A stretch of DNA of 64,000 nt from Escherichia coli (GTDB lineage Bacteria; Pseudomonadota; Gammaproteobacteria; Enterobacterales; Enterobacteriaceae), in the NCBI RefSeq assembly GCF_044324785.1, contig NZ_CP172127.1. One strand, given 5' to 3'. Below, in pieces: positions 32,932-44,529 of the stretch (position 1 is its first letter; every line of letters starts with the position of its first letter). The position numbers and the translations under genes were made by a program. A model generated the notes under the pieces. That model was not told the origin of the DNA. It did no database searches and was given only the letters and a program-made list of their open reading frames with translations.

Positions 32932-34059
32932 ATGGAACAACGCCACATCACCGGCAAAAGCCACTGGTATCATGAAACGCAATCCAGTACTGCGGAATAT
33001 GACGTTCTGCCTCTGGTCCCGGAAGCCGCAAAGGTTAGCGATCCCTTTCTGCTCGACGCGATCCTTGATGAAAAAACGCTGGCCCCCTTCCTTTCATGGC
33101 TGGTCCCGGCGCGCGTTCTTGCAGCGGAGTTATTCCCTGACCAGCTTACCGTGACCCGTTCACAGACCTTCAACGCTTATGAACGCTTGTCGACGGCCCT
33201 GACGGTTGCTCAGGTTTGCGGCGTCCAGCGGTTATGTAACTACTATTCGGCGCGACTTACGCCGCTCCCCGGGCCTGATTCCTCCAGGGAAAGTAATCAT
33301 CGGTTGGCACAAATCACGCAATATGCCCGCCAACTGGCCAGCTCGCCTTCTATTATCGACAACCGATCGCGCCAACATCTGAATGACGTCGGTCTTACTG
33401 CCTGGGACTGTGTAATCATTAACAAAATCATTGGTTTTATTGGCTTTCAGGCGCGGACAATTGCGACATTTCAGGCTTATCTCGGGCATCCGGTACGCTG
33501 GTTACCAGGTCTGGAGATACAAAACTACGCCGACGCGTCACTGTTTGCTGATGAATCATTACGCTGGCGAAGCAGCTATGAGGTGGAAAAACTACCTGAA
33601 GAGCACACAAAAAGTTCAACTGCAGAACTTTGCCAACTGGCCGAAATACTCTCTCTCCACCCTATTTCACTTTCCCTTCTCGAAAAGTTGTTAAACAGCA
33701 CACGGGTCAATACACAGCCGGATAATCAGCTTGCGGCGTTGTTATGCGCGCGTATAAATGGCAGTCCTGCTTGTTTTGCCACCTGTATGGATTCATCAAA
33801 TGAATATAAAAAAATCAGCACCCTTATGCGCAAGGGCGAAAATGAAATTAACCAATGGGCTGACCGTCATTCTGTTGAGCGCGCTACCGTTCAGGCGATA
33901 CAATGGCTGACCCGAGCACCCGATCGCTTTAGCGCCGCCCAGTTCAGCCCTTTACTCGAACACGAAAAATCATCAACGCAGATTATTAATCTGCTGGTAT
34001 GGAGCGGGCTGTGTGGCTGGATAAATCGCTTAAAAATCGCGTTGGGTGAGACATATTAA
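32932..34059 (+). CDS. yciW: YciW (AhpD-like/CMD-domain protein)
   Basis: 375 aa from [15 protein letters not shown]; AAGGAG ribosome-binding site upstream. Confidence 0.8.
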   Translation: MEQRHITGKSHWYHETQSSTAEYDVLPLVPEAAKVSDPFLLDAILDEKTLAPFLSWLVPARVLAAELFPDQLTVTRSQTFNAYERLSTALTVAQVCGVQRLCNYYSARLTPLPGPDSSRESNHRLAQITQYARQLASSPSIIDNRSRQHLNDVGLTAWDCVIINKIIGFIGFQARTIATFQAYLGHPVRWLPGLEIQNYADASLFADESLRWRSSYEVEKLPEEHTKSSTAELCQLAEILSLHPISLSLLEKLLNSTRVNTQPDNQLAALLCARINGSPACFATCMDSSNEYKKISTLMRKGENEINQWADRHSVERATVQAIQWLTRAPDRFSAAQFSPLLEHEKSSTQIINLLVWSGLCGWINRLKIALGETY

Positions 34060-34126
34060 CCTTGCCGCGTCAGACAGATTCGCGTAAAACTGTCAGCCGC
34101 TCTAATGGCCACCAAAATAGACAATT

Positions 34127-36061
34127 ATGTTTCAGGACAACCCGCTGCTAGCGCAGCTTAAACAGCAACTGCATTCCCAGACGCCACGCGCTGAAGGGGT
34201 GGTAAAAGCCACAGAAAAAGGCTTTGGCTTCCTGGAAGTCGACGCGCAAAAAAGTTATTTCATTCCGCCGCCGCAGATGAAAAAAGTCATGCATGGCGAC
34301 CGAATTATCGCGGTGATCCACAGTGAAAAAGAACGTGAATCCGCAGAGCCAGAAGAACTGGTTGAACCGTTCCTGACTCGTTTCGTGGGTAAAGTTCAGG
34401 GCAAAAATGACCGTCTGGCCATCGTTCCTGATCATCCACTCTTAAAAGACGCCATTCCTTGCCGCGCAGCCCGTGGCCTGAACCACGAGTTTAAAGAAGG
34501 CGACTGGGCGGTTGCCGAAATGCGCCGTCATCCGCTGAAAGGCGATCGTTCTTTCTATGCTGAACTGACACAATACATCACTTTTGGTGACGACCACTTT
34601 GTACCGTGGTGGGTTACCCTTGCGCGCCATAATCTGGAAAAAGAAGCACCAGACGGCGTCGCTACCGAAATGCTCGATGAAGGTCTGGTTCGTGAAGATC
34701 TGACCGCGCTGGATTTTGTCACCATCGACAGTGCCAGCACTGAAGATATGGATGACGCCCTTTTCGCTAAGGCGTTGCCTGATGACAAACTTCAGCTGAT
34801 TGTGGCGATTGCCGATCCAACCGCGTGGATTGCTGAAGGTAGCAAACTGGACAAAGCCGCGAAAATTCGCGCATTCACCAACTATCTGCCTGGCTTCAAC
34901 ATCCCTATGCTGCCTCGCGAGCTTTCTGACGATCTCTGCTCACTGCGCGCCAATGAAGTCCGCCCGGTACTGGCATGCCGCATGACGCTCTCCGCTGATG
35001 GCACCATTGAAGATAATATCGAATTCTTTGCCGCCACCATCGAATCCAAAGCGAAGCTGGTGTATGACCTGGTTTCTGACTGGCTGGAAAATACCGGTGA
35101 CTGGAAGCCTGAAAGTGAAGCAATTGCCGAACAAGTCCGTTTGTTAGCGCAAATTTGCCAACGCCGCGGCGAGTGGCGTCATAACCACGCACTGGTGTTT
35201 AAAGATCGCCCGGATTACCGCTTTATTCTCGGTGAAAAAGGTGAAGTGCTGGATATCGTCGCCGAGCCTCGTCGCATTGCCAACCGTATCGTCGAAGAAG
35301 CGATGATTGCCGCTAACATTTGTGCGGCCCGCGTACTGCGCGATAAGCTCGGTTTTGGCATCTATAACGTGCATATGGGCTTTGATCCGGCGAATGCCGA
35401 CGCGCTGGCAGCGTTGCTGAAAACCCACGGTCTGCATGTCGATGCCGAAGAAGTGCTCACGCTGGACGGTTTCTGCAAACTGCGTCGTGAACTGGATGCG
35501 CAACCAACTGGTTTCCTCGACAGCCGCATTCGTCGCTTCCAGTCATTTGCTGAAATTAGCACTGAACCCGGTCCTCACTTTGGCCTCGGTCTGGAAGCAT
35601 ACGCCACCTGGACTTCGCCGATCCGTAAATATGGCGACATGATCAACCACCGTCTGCTGAAAGCGGTTATCAAAGGCGAAACTGCGACGCGTCCACAGGA
35701 TGAAATCACTGTCCAAATGGCCGAGCGTCGCCGTCTCAACCGAATGGCAGAACGTGATGTTGGCGACTGGTTATACGCACGCTTCCTGAAAGACAAAGCC
35801 GGGACCGACACCCGTTTCGCGGCGGAAATTGTCGATATCAGCCGTGGCGGCATGCGTGTGCGTTTGGTTGATAACGGCGCTATTGCCTTTATTCCGGCAC
35901 CTTTCTTACACGCTGTGCGCGATGAACTGGTTTGCAGCCAGGAAAACGGCACTGTACAAATTAAAGGTGAAACGGCTTACAAAGTGACTGACGTTATTGA
36001 CGTCACCATTGCCGAAGTCCGCATGGAAACCCGCAGCATTATTGCGCGCCCGGTCGCGTAA
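34127..36061 (+). CDS. rnb: Exoribonuclease II
   Basis: 644 aa. Confidence 0.95.
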   Translation: MFQDNPLLAQLKQQLHSQTPRAEGVVKATEKGFGFLEVDAQKSYFIPPPQMKKVMHGDRIIAVIHSEKERESAEPEELVEPFLTRFVGKVQGKNDRLAIVPDHPLLKDAIPCRAARGLNHEFKEGDWAVAEMRRHPLKGDRSFYAELTQYITFGDDHFVPWWVTLARHNLEKEAPDGVATEMLDEGLVREDLTALDFVTIDSASTEDMDDALFAKALPDDKLQLIVAIADPTAWIAEGSKLDKAAKIRAFTNYLPGFNIPMLPRELSDDLCSLRANEVRPVLACRMTLSADGTIEDNIEFFAATIESKAKLVYDLVSDWLENTGDWKPESEAIAEQVRLLAQICQRRGEWRHNHALVFKDRPDYRFILGEKGEVLDIVAEPRRIANRIVEEAMIAANICAARVLRDKLGFGIYNVHMGFDPANADALAALLKTHGLHVDAEEVLTLDGFCKLRRELDAQPTGFLDSRIRRFQSFAEISTEPGPHFGLGLEAYATWTSPIRKYGDMINHRLLKAVIKGETATRPQDEITVQMAERRRLNRMAERDVGDWLYARFLKDKAGTDTRFAAEIVDISRGGMRVRLVDNGAIAFIPAPFLHAVRDELVCSQENGTVQIKGETAYKVTDVIDVTIAEVRMETRSIIARPVA

Positions 36062-36072
36062 TCTCCTTTCAC

Positions 36073-36103
36073 GGCCCATTCCTCATGAATGGGCCGTTTA
36101 TTT
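36073..36103 (+). terminator. Rho-independent terminator after rnb
   Basis: CGGCCCATTC-ctcatg-AATGGGCCG followed by TTTATTT. Confidence 0.75.
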
Positions 36104-36295
36104 CCCCGCTCCACCTTCGTCATATCCCGGCAGATTTTTAACTGACTTTCGTTTGAAAACTGGCGTTTTTCCAAAACTGGATTACAAATAAATATATAAA
36201 AAAAACAATGCGTTTAGCCGCCGTTAATTTCATGTAAGTCATGTTGTTCCTTTTATTTAACCGCGGACTCCGCTGTTAACCGGAGGATATGCATC

Positions 36296-38281
36296 ATGAA
36301 AACCGTTAGGGAGTCCACAACGTTGTACAACTTTCTCGGATCGCACAATCCATACTGGCGGTTAACGGAAAGCAGCGATGTTTTGCGCTTTTCTACCACC
36401 GAAACCACAGAACCTGAACGTACGTTGCAGTTATCTGCCGAACAGGCTGCTCGCATCAGGGAAATGACGGTCATCACCTCCAGCCTGATGATGAGTCTGA
36501 CCGTCGATGAGAGCGATCTTTCTGTGCATCTGGTAGGACGAAAAATCAATAAACGGGAATGGGCTGGCAACGCGTCGGCATGGCATGACACACCGGCGGT
36601 TGCTCGTGATTTATCACACGGGCTTTCCTTTGCTGAGCAGGTAGTTTCTGAAGCACATTCCGCAATAGTGATTCTCGACAGTCGGGGGAATATCCAGCGC
36701 TTCAATCGGTTATGTGAAGATTACACAGGGTTGAAAGAACACGACGTCATTGGGCAAAGCGTGTTTAAACTGTTTATGAGCCGTCGTGAAGCTGCGGCAT
36801 CCAGGCGCAATAACCGTGTATTTTTTCGAAGCGGCAATGCATATGAAGTCGAACTGTGGATACCAACACGTAAAGGCCAGCGGCTGTTTCTGTTTCGCAA
36901 TAAATTTGTCCACAGCGGCAGTGGCAAAAACGAGATTTTTTTAATCTGTTCCGGCACCGACATTACCGAAGAGCGCCGCGCTCAGGAGCGACTGCGCATT
37001 CTGGCAAATACCGACAGTATCACCGGACTGCCGAATCGTAACGCAATGCAGGAGTTAATCGATCACGCTATTAATCAGGCAGATAACAATAAAGTTGGGG
37101 TTGTGTATCTTGATTTGGATAATTTTAAAAAGGTCAACGACGCCTATGGGCATTTGTTTGGTGACCAGCTATTACGCGACGTGTCATTGGCCATTTTAAG
37201 CTGTCTGGAGCATGACCAGGTTTTGGCGCGTCCAGGTGGCGATGAGTTTCTGGTACTGGCATCCAATACCTCACAAAGCGCGCTGGAAGCAATGGCATCA
37301 CGTATTTTGACCCGCTTACGGCTCCCCTTCCGCATTGGTTTAATTGAAGTTTATACCAGCTGTTCAGTGGGTATTTCACTCTCTCCCGAACATGGTTCGG
37401 ACAGCGCGGCTATTATTCGTCACGCCGACACAGCAATGTACACAGCGAAGGAAGGCGGACGAGGACAATTTTGCGTTTTTACTCCAGAAATGAATCAGCG
37501 GGTATTTGAATATCTCTGGCTGGATACCAACTTGCGTAAAGCACTGGAAAACGATCAGTTGGTTATTCACTATCAACCGAAAATCACCTGGCGTGGCGAG
37601 GTGCGCAGTCTGGAAGCACTAGTACGTTGGCAGTCACCTGAACGTGGGTTGATTCCACCGTTGGACTTCATTTCCTACGCCGAAGAGTCAGGGCTAATTG
37701 TGCCTTTAGGCCGTTGGGTGATTCTCGATGTCGTACGCCAGGTGGCAAAGTGGCGGGATAAAGGTATTAACCTGCGAGTGGCGGTAAACATTTCTGCACG
37801 TCAGCTCGCCGATCAAACCATTTTCACCGCCCTGAAACAGGTTCTCCAGGAACTCAATTTTGAATACTGCCCTATTGATGTTGAACTGACGGAGAGCTGC
37901 CTGATTGAGAATGATGAACTGGCACTTTCTGTTATTCAACAATTTAGCCAACTAGGTGCGCAAGTGCATCTGGACGATTTTGGTACCGGCTACTCTTCAC
38001 TTTCGCAACTGGCGCGCTTTCCGATCGATGCCATCAAACTTGACCAGGTTTTTGTTCGAGATATTCACAAACAACCTGTCTCGCAGTCACTGGTCCGGGC
38101 GATCGTCGCTGTGGCCCAGGCATTGAATCTTCAGGTGATCGCCGAAGGTGTAGAGAGTGCAAAGGAAGATGCTTTTTTAACCAAGAACGGGATCAATGAG
38201 CGGCAAGGATTTTTGTTTGCCAAACCGATGCCCGCCGTCGCCTTCGAACGCTGGTATAAACGCTATCTGAAGCGCGCATAA
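36296..38281 (+). CDS. pdeR: c-di-GMP phosphodiesterase PdeR (PAS-GGDEF-EAL)
   Basis: 661 aa; GGDEF-like and EAL domains. Confidence 0.9.
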   Translation: MKTVRESTTLYNFLGSHNPYWRLTESSDVLRFSTTETTEPERTLQLSAEQAARIREMTVITSSLMMSLTVDESDLSVHLVGRKINKREWAGNASAWHDTPAVARDLSHGLSFAEQVVSEAHSAIVILDSRGNIQRFNRLCEDYTGLKEHDVIGQSVFKLFMSRREAAASRRNNRVFFRSGNAYEVELWIPTRKGQRLFLFRNKFVHSGSGKNEIFLICSGTDITEERRAQERLRILANTDSITGLPNRNAMQELIDHAINQADNNKVGVVYLDLDNFKKVNDAYGHLFGDQLLRDVSLAILSCLEHDQVLARPGGDEFLVLASNTSQSALEAMASRILTRLRLPFRIGLIEVYTSCSVGISLSPEHGSDSAAIIRHADTAMYTAKEGGRGQFCVFTPEMNQRVFEYLWLDTNLRKALENDQLVIHYQPKITWRGEVRSLEALVRWQSPERGLIPPLDFISYAEESGLIVPLGRWVILDVVRQVAKWRDKGINLRVAVNISARQLADQTIFTALKQVLQELNFEYCPIDVELTESCLIENDELALSVIQQFSQLGAQVHLDDFGTGYSSLSQLARFPIDAIKLDQVFVRDIHKQPVSQSLVRAIVAVAQALNLQVIAEGVESAKEDAFLTKNGINERQGFLFAKPMPAVAFERWYKRYLKRA

Positions 38282-38428
38282 GTAGATGAATATATATACT
38301 TAGCGATATATTCCGTCATTATATATCGTATTACTGGATGATAATTAGCCGTTGCTGTTAAACACTTCTCTTTTAGCGGCAATTTTTGCATTATTCATTT
38401 TCCCACTTTTGCTATAAGGATGTCCTTG

Positions 38429-38602
38429 ATGTCTGAATTTGATGCCCAGCGCGTTGCCGAACGTATTGATATTGTGTTAGATATCCTTGTGGCAGGCGAT
38501 TACCACTCTGCGATCCATAATCTCGAGATACTTAAAGCAGAACTCTTGCGCCAGGTTGCTGAATCTACGCCAGACATCCCGAAGGCACCGTGGGAGATTT
38601 AA
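38429..38602 (+). CDS. yciZ: Small protein YciZ
   Basis: 57 aa from [16 protein letters not shown]. Confidence 0.75.
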
Positions 38603-38691
38603 CAATCGTGCCTTCAGGTTTTCCTATTTGAGGATGCCCGGCGCGTCAGTATTTTTTTATTTAGTATTATAACGTTATAAGAATTACAGCG

Positions 38692-39441
38692 ATGAATTCC
38701 CGACAACAAACTATTCTACAGATGGTCATTGACCAGGGTCAGGTTAGCGTAACCGATCTGGCAAAAGCCACTGGAGTTTCTGAAGTTACCATTCGCCAGG
38801 ATCTCAACACCCTCGAAAAACTGAGTTACCTCCGCCGTGCACATGGTTTTGCAGTTTCGCTTGATAGTGATGACGTCGAAACCCGTATGATGAACAACTA
38901 TACGCTGAAGCGTGAACTCGCCGAGTTTGCCGCGTCACTGGTTCAACCGGGCGAAACCATCTTTATCGAAAATGGCAGCAGCAATGCCCTGCTCGCCCGG
39001 ACTCTGGGCGAGCAGAAGAAAAATGTCACGATCATCACGGTCAGCAGCTACATCGCGCATTTGCTGAAAGACGCGCCTTGTGAAGTCATTTTGCTCGGTG
39101 GCGTGTACCAGAAAAAAAGCGAAAGTATGGTTGGTCCTTTGACACGCCAGTGCATCCAACAGGTGCATTTCAGCAAAGCATTTATTGGTATTGATGGCTG
39201 GCAACCTGAAACTGGGTTTACCGGTCGCGATATGATGCGTACCGATGTGGTCAATGCCGTGCTGGAAAAAGAGTGCGAAGCGATAGTCCTGACTGACAGC
39301 TCGAAATTTGGTGCTGTACATTCATACTCCATCGGCCCCGTTGAGCGATTCAATCGCGTGATTACCGATTCGAAAATACGCGCCAGCGATCTGATGCATC
39401 TTGAGCACAGTAAACTCACCGTTCACGTCGTTGACATTTAA
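38692..39441 (+). CDS. deoT: DeoR-family regulator DeoT (YciT)
   Basis: 249 aa; DeoR helix-turn-helix plus sugar-binding domain. Confidence 0.85.
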   Translation: MNSRQQTILQMVIDQGQVSVTDLAKATGVSEVTIRQDLNTLEKLSYLRRAHGFAVSLDSDDVETRMMNNYTLKRELAEFAASLVQPGETIFIENGSSNALLARTLGEQKKNVTIITVSSYIAHLLKDAPCEVILLGGVYQKKSESMVGPLTRQCIQQVHFSKAFIGIDGWQPETGFTGRDMMRTDVVNAVLEKECEAIVLTDSSKFGAVHSYSIGPVERFNRVITDSKIRASDLMHLEHSKLTVHVVDI

Positions 39442-39709
39442 CCATTTCCCTTCTCTACGGATGATTTGCTGTTTTGCAAATCATCCGCTCTAAGATGATT
39501 CCTGGTTGATAATTAAGACTATTTACCTGTTATTAACACTCTCAAGATATAAAATTATTATCAGCGATATAACAGGAAGTCATTATCACCTGCGTGATAT
39601 AACCCTGCGCGCGAGCGGATTTCACGGAATAATTTCACCAGGCTTATTCTTAGCTATTATAGTTATAGAGAGCTTACTTCCGTGAATCATAAATTCAGGA
39701 GAGAGTATT

Positions 39710-39928
39710 ATGTTTGTAACGAGCAAAAAAATGACCGCGGCTGTTCTGGCAATTACCCTGGCAATGTCTCTGAGTGCCTGTTCTAACTGGTCTAAACGAG
39801 ACCGTAACACCGCAATTGGCGCGGGTGCAGGGGCATTAGGCGGTGCAGTACTGACCGATGGCAGTACGCTGGGTACATTAGGTGGTGCAGCCGTCGGTGG
39901 TGTTATTGGTCACCAGGTCGGTAAATAA
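39710..39928 (+). CDS. osmB: Osmotically inducible lipoprotein B
   Basis: 72 aa; lipobox LSAC; Gly-rich. Confidence 0.9.
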   Translation: MFVTSKKMTAAVLAITLAMSLSACSNWSKRDRNTAIGAGAGALGGAVLTDGSTLGTLGGAAVGGVIGHQVGK

Positions 39929-40024
39929 TCGTAAATAAATGTCGATTATCGACTCGCAATTATAATACGCTTGATTCTGTTCAGTACGAAATAACTGAAT
40001 AATACACACAGTAAAATATTCGAA

Positions 40025-40050
40025 AGCCACGGATATATCCGTGGCTTTTT
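40025..40050. terminator. Bidirectional terminator between the convergent osmB and yciH genes
   Basis: AGCCACGGATATATCCGTGGCT followed by TTTTT. Confidence 0.75.
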
Positions 40051-40053
40051 ATG

Positions 40054-40380
40054 TTAACCGCCTGCGAGTTTTACCTTCATCCCTTTCGCTTCAAGTAGTG
40101 ATTTTAATAAATCACGCTTATCGCCTTGGATTTCAATAACTCCATCTTTAACTGCTCCGCCGCAGCCGCATTTTTTCTTCAGTTCCGCTGCCAGTTTTGT
40201 CAGTTCGGCATCATCGAGATCGATACCGGTAATCAGGCAAACGCCCTTACCTTTACGTCCACTGGTCTGACGCTGAATACGCACCACACCGTCGCCTTTA
40301 GGGCGTACAGGGGCCGCTTTTGGCTCATCAATACGTCCGGTTTCCGTTGAGTAGACCAGACGGCTGTTGGAATCACTCAT
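40054..40380 (-). CDS. yciH: SUI1/eIF1-family translation factor YciH
   Basis: 108 aa from [10 protein letters not shown]; start overlaps the pyrF stop. Confidence 0.85.
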   Translation of the reverse strand: MSDSNSRLVYSTETGRIDEPKAAPVRPKGDGVVRIQRQTSGRKGKGVCLITGIDLDDAELTKLAAELKKKCGCGGAVKDGVIEIQGDKRDLLKSLLEAKGMKVKLAGG

Positions 40381-41117
40381 CATACACTCCGCTGTAAAGA
40401 GGCGTTGATCGCTTTCAGCGTCTGCGCTGGATCTACCGATTGCGTTACCGGGCGACCAATCACCATATAATCAACACCAGCCGCCAACGCCTGTTCTGGC
40501 GTCATAATGCGGCGCTGGTCACCTGCTTCACTCCCCTGCGGACGAATGCCCGGTGTAACCAGTTTGAACTCCTGACCGAATACCTGTTTAAAGCGCACAG
40601 CTTCCTGAGCAGAACACACCACACCATCAAGGCCACATTTTTGCGTCAGTGCCGCCAGACGTTCTGCATAATCTGCAGGTGACAGTGTCACGCCAAGATC
40701 GGCCAGGTCGCTGGCTTCCATGCTGGTCAATACTGTCACAGCAATCAAAAGCGGTGCATCTTTGCCAAACGGAACCAGTGCCTCACGCGCTGCGGTCATC
40801 ATACGCGCCCCACCGGAGGCGTGAACATTCACCATCCACACGCCTAAGTCAGCTGCAGCAGCGACAGCGTGCGCTGCAGTGTTGGGAATATCGTGAAATT
40901 TCAGGTCGAGGAAGATATCAAAACCACGCTGTTGAAGTTCGCGTACAAATTGAGGTCCAAACAGCGTAAACATCTCTTTGCCGACTTTCAGACGACAATC
41001 GCGTGGGTCGATCTTGTCGACAAAGGCCAGCGCGGCATCACGATTATGATAATCAAGGGCAACAACCACAGGAGAATTCGTAACAGCGCGGGAAGAAGAT
41101 GAAGCAGTTAACGTCAT
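40380..41117 (-). CDS. pyrF: Orotidine-5'-phosphate decarboxylase
   Basis: 245 aa from [12 protein letters not shown]. Confidence 0.9.
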   Translation of the reverse strand: MTLTASSSSRAVTNSPVVVALDYHNRDAALAFVDKIDPRDCRLKVGKEMFTLFGPQFVRELQQRGFDIFLDLKFHDIPNTAAHAVAAAADLGVWMVNVHASGGARMMTAAREALVPFGKDAPLLIAVTVLTSMEASDLADLGVTLSPADYAERLAALTQKCGLDGVVCSAQEAVRFKQVFGQEFKLVTPGIRPQGSEAGDQRRIMTPEQALAAGVDYMVIGRPVTQSVDPAQTLKAINASLQRSV

Positions 41118-41308
41118 GACCAGACCTTCTTGATGATGGGCACCGGAAGTGGCGCGAAACAGGTAAACGGCGAGCATTCTACCCGTGGAAATAAAAAATT
41201 AACAGTTGCGATTTCTCCCCTGGCAGGCTTTTCTGCGTCGTCGTTGCCGGAGCACAATGGGACATCAATAACTAGTATGTTGTAACTAAAGTCGGATTTT
41301 TTTAAAAA

Positions 41309-42478
41309 TTACAGGCCATCAAGACCGCGAATCGGTTTAATAGTTGACCAGGCACGACAAGACGGACAATGCCAGTAGAGGGTGTATGCGGTAAAACCAC
41401 ATTTCTGGCAGCGATAACGAGGCTTACTACGTACCTTTTCGCCAACCATGTCACGCAGCACCATCAGGCTCTCTTTGGCACGCCCTTCTTCCGCTTCATT
41501 TAAGTGGTAATCCATTAGCTTATGGAACACACGCATGGTCGGATGACGCTGAAGCTGACGCGTAATATAGACCTGTGCGGCCTCACTACCGTCGCGCGCT
41601 TCGATAATATCCGCAAGCATCAGTTCAGCATCGGCACCGGTGTTCTCTTCCACCGCGCGCTGCAGGAACTCTGCCCATTCGGCAGTTTTACCCAACTGCT
41701 GATAGCAGGTTTGCAACATTTCCAGCGTTTCGCTGACCAGTTCTCTGTCCTGGGATATCACGCGTTGCAGACTTTCGACGGCTTTGGCGTATTCTCCTTT
41801 CGCCATAAACACGCGTCCCATCATGATGGATACGCGGGCGCTGTTTTTATCTGCCGCCGCACCTTTTTTTAACAAGGCCATGGCACGATCGAGATCGTCG
41901 CTGGCCATATGCTGTAGGGCTAACTCGCAGTAGAAATGAGCAATTTCGACGCGCTGCTTATCTTTACCCAGCTTCACCAGGCGTTCGGCAACATCAATTG
42001 CTTTCTGCCACTCGCTGGTAGCCTGGTAGATTTGTAGCAACTGTTGCAGCGCGCCAATGCGGAAGTCAGTTTCATCGGTCAGTTGATTGAACATGTCTTC
42101 CGCGCGGTCGTATAACCCGGCGGCCATGTAATCACGCCCCAGTTGTTGAATCGCCAACAGACGCTGTTCATAGGTCAGCGAGGCGCTTTCCATTAGGGTC
42201 TGATGGATGCGAATAGCGCGATCAACTTCGCCACGCGAACGGAACAGGTTTCCGAGCGTAAGGTGGGCTTCAACGGTACCCGTATCCTCTTTAAGCATAT
42301 CGAGAAACAGGTCTACCGCTTTATCCTGTTGATTACTAAGCAGAAAGTTAACCCCCGCTACGTAATCACGCGACAGGCGGTTGGCTTCATCTTGCTTGTT
42401 TTGTTGCGCACTTCTGCGGCCCATATACCAGCCATAGGCAGCGGCTACAGGCAAAAGCAGAAACAACAACTCCAGCAT
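41309..42478 (-). CDS. lapB: LPS assembly protein LapB (YciM), TPR plus rubredoxin-like C-terminus
   Basis: 389 aa; C-terminal CQKCG...CPSC motifs. Confidence 0.9.
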   Translation of the reverse strand: MLELLFLLLPVAAAYGWYMGRRSAQQNKQDEANRLSRDYVAGVNFLLSNQQDKAVDLFLDMLKEDTGTVEAHLTLGNLFRSRGEVDRAIRIHQTLMESASLTYEQRLLAIQQLGRDYMAAGLYDRAEDMFNQLTDETDFRIGALQQLLQIYQATSEWQKAIDVAERLVKLGKDKQRVEIAHFYCELALQHMASDDLDRAMALLKKGAAADKNSARVSIMMGRVFMAKGEYAKAVESLQRVISQDRELVSETLEMLQTCYQQLGKTAEWAEFLQRAVEENTGADAELMLADIIEARDGSEAAQVYITRQLQRHPTMRVFHKLMDYHLNEAEEGRAKESLMVLRDMVGEKVRSKPRYRCQKCGFTAYTLYWHCPSCRAWSTIKPIRGLDGL

Positions 42479-42484
42479 AGAAAG

Positions 42485-42793
42485 TTATTCCTTCGCCGCT
42501 GACGAATGCGGCGCTACAGCCACGTCAGTCGCGGGTGAAAGCTGGTTTTCCAGTCGCTTTATTTTACGTTCAGCGCGCGCCAGGGAAACACGAACTCGCA
42601 GCCAGAACAGGCCGCAAATCAGCCAACCGATAGCAAATCCCGCAGCAAACAATACCGCCAGCAATGTGGAAATACGGTACTCCCCTTGCGCTAACAGATA
42701 ATTAAACGTCACCTGTTGATCGTTCTGCGCACCTAACGTGACCGAAATCACGAAGATCGCTAACACCAGTAAGAAAATGAGTAAATATTTCAC
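42485..42793 (-). CDS. lapA: LPS assembly protein LapA (YciS)
   Basis: 102 aa membrane protein. Confidence 0.85.
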   Translation of the reverse strand: MKYLLIFLLVLAIFVISVTLGAQNDQQVTFNYLLAQGEYRISTLLAVLFAAGFAIGWLICGLFWLRVRVSLARAERKIKRLENQLSPATDVAVAPHSSAAKE

Positions 42794-42941
42794 ATTACTT
42801 CCCGTTATGTGGTTAGAGCGAATAAATTATGGTCAACTTACCGCAATAGCCCTTTAAAGTACCATTTTCGCGCCGTCTGCGAAATGGCATCCACGCGCAT
42901 TGTTGATGATTTAAGGGCTAAATTCGGAAAATCAACCAGCG

Positions 42942-43706
42942 TTAACTTTCTTGTTCTCGTTGTGCAATTTCGCGATTTTCTTCCGCAGGTGGTGTTAATG
43001 GCCCACAAATTCGTTGCGCAAGCCACGTTGCCACCGCCACCAGCGCCCACGAAATCAACGTAGCTACCACCAGATCGCGTGGCCAATGCATCCCGAGCAG
43101 CAGTCGGCTTCCCATGACTCCCGTTGCCCAGACCAACAAGATAGCAATGGTTAACGTTCGCCGACGCGGCCACAGCAAACCAACGGCCAGCAGCGCCCAA
43201 CTGGCAGCAAACATCGTGTGACCGGAAGGAAAGGCAAACCCCGTCTCTTTCTGCCAGTGTGAACGCAAATATTGTGGGATATTTTTCTCTTCAGCCAACT
43301 GTTCTTTCACTAGATTTCCGCGTTCTGCTCGCTTTAAAGTGTAGAACTCATCAACCGGAATATGATGTGTTTTTTCCAGCCAGATAACAAAAGGTCGTGG
43401 TTCCTGGACTTTGTCTTTGATCCAGGATTTAACGCCTTGTCCCACAAGAATTGCCGCCGCCAGAATGGCAAATAACATAATGGCAGCCTTAATGCGAAAA
43501 CGCAGACACCAGAGAAACCAACCGAATAAAATCAAATGTGTAATAACGCCCCAGGGCTGGGTGACAGTTTCAGTAACCCAAAAAGCCGCTTTTAGTAGCC
43601 AACTTTGTTCTCCAGGTTGCCAACGCCAGCCAGAAATCCATACGGCTACTGGCATAACAAGCAATAGTGCAGCTCCCACTGCGGTACGTCTGGCAATCGA
43701 ACGCAT
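42942..43706 (-). CDS. pgpB: Phosphatidylglycerophosphatase B
   Basis: 254 aa; PAP2 family. Confidence 0.9.
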   Translation of the reverse strand: MRSIARRTAVGAALLLVMPVAVWISGWRWQPGEQSWLLKAAFWVTETVTQPWGVITHLILFGWFLWCLRFRIKAAIMLFAILAAAILVGQGVKSWIKDKVQEPRPFVIWLEKTHHIPVDEFYTLKRAERGNLVKEQLAEEKNIPQYLRSHWQKETGFAFPSGHTMFAASWALLAVGLLWPRRRTLTIAILLVWATGVMGSRLLLGMHWPRDLVVATLISWALVAVATWLAQRICGPLTPPAEENREIAQREQES

Positions 43707-43875
43707 GGCCTCTCCTTTTTGATAAGTCCCACAATCATAACTGAAAATGCCAGTTCCAGGAAAAATTGACAGATTTGTGCCATTCCGTGAACGATCGACG
43801 CGTCGTGATTAGGTGAACCCCTTCTCGTTATGGCAAAATAAGCCAATACAGAACCAGCATTATCTGGAGAATTTC

Positions 43876-44466
43876 ATGCAGCTTAAACGTGTGGCAGAAG
43901 CCAAACTGCCAACCCCATGGGGCGATTTCCTGATGGTGGGATTTGAAGAACTGGCAACCGGACACGATCATGTCGCGCTAGTCTATGGCGATATTTCCGG
44001 GCATACCCCGGTACTTGCGCGCGTCCATTCCGAATGTCTGACCGGTGACGCCCTGTTCAGCTTGCGCTGCGATTGTGGCTTCCAGCTCGAAGCGGCATTG
44101 ACGCAAATTGCCGAGGAAGGCCGTGGTATTTTGCTGTATCACCGTCAGGAAGGTCGTAACATTGGTCTGCTGAATAAAATCCGCGCTTACGCACTGCAGG
44201 ATCAAGGTTACGATACTGTAGAGGCTAACCACCAGTTAGGCTTCGCCGCTGATGAGCGCGACTTCACTCTTTGCGCTGATATGTTCAAACTACTTGGCGT
44301 CAATGAAGTCCGCTTGTTAACCAACAACCCGAAAAAAGTCGAAATTCTGACCGAAGCAGGGATTAATATTGTTGAACGCGTACCGTTGATTGTAGGTCGT
44401 AACCCCAATAACGAACATTATCTCGATACCAAAGCCGAGAAAATGGGTCATTTGCTGAACAAATAA
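43876..44466 (+). CDS. ribA: GTP cyclohydrolase II
   Basis: 196 aa from [16 protein letters not shown]. Confidence 0.95.
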
Positions 44467-44489
44467 CCCTCTTGCATTGTGTAATTCAT

Positions 44490-44522
44490 TTGCTTGCCGG
44501 AAGCAAAATAACCGGCAAGCAA
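44490..44522. terminator. Bidirectional terminator between the convergent ribA and acnA genes
   Basis: Inverted repeat TTGCTTGCCGG ... CCGGCAAGCAA. Confidence 0.7.
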
Positions 44523-44529
44523 ATACTCG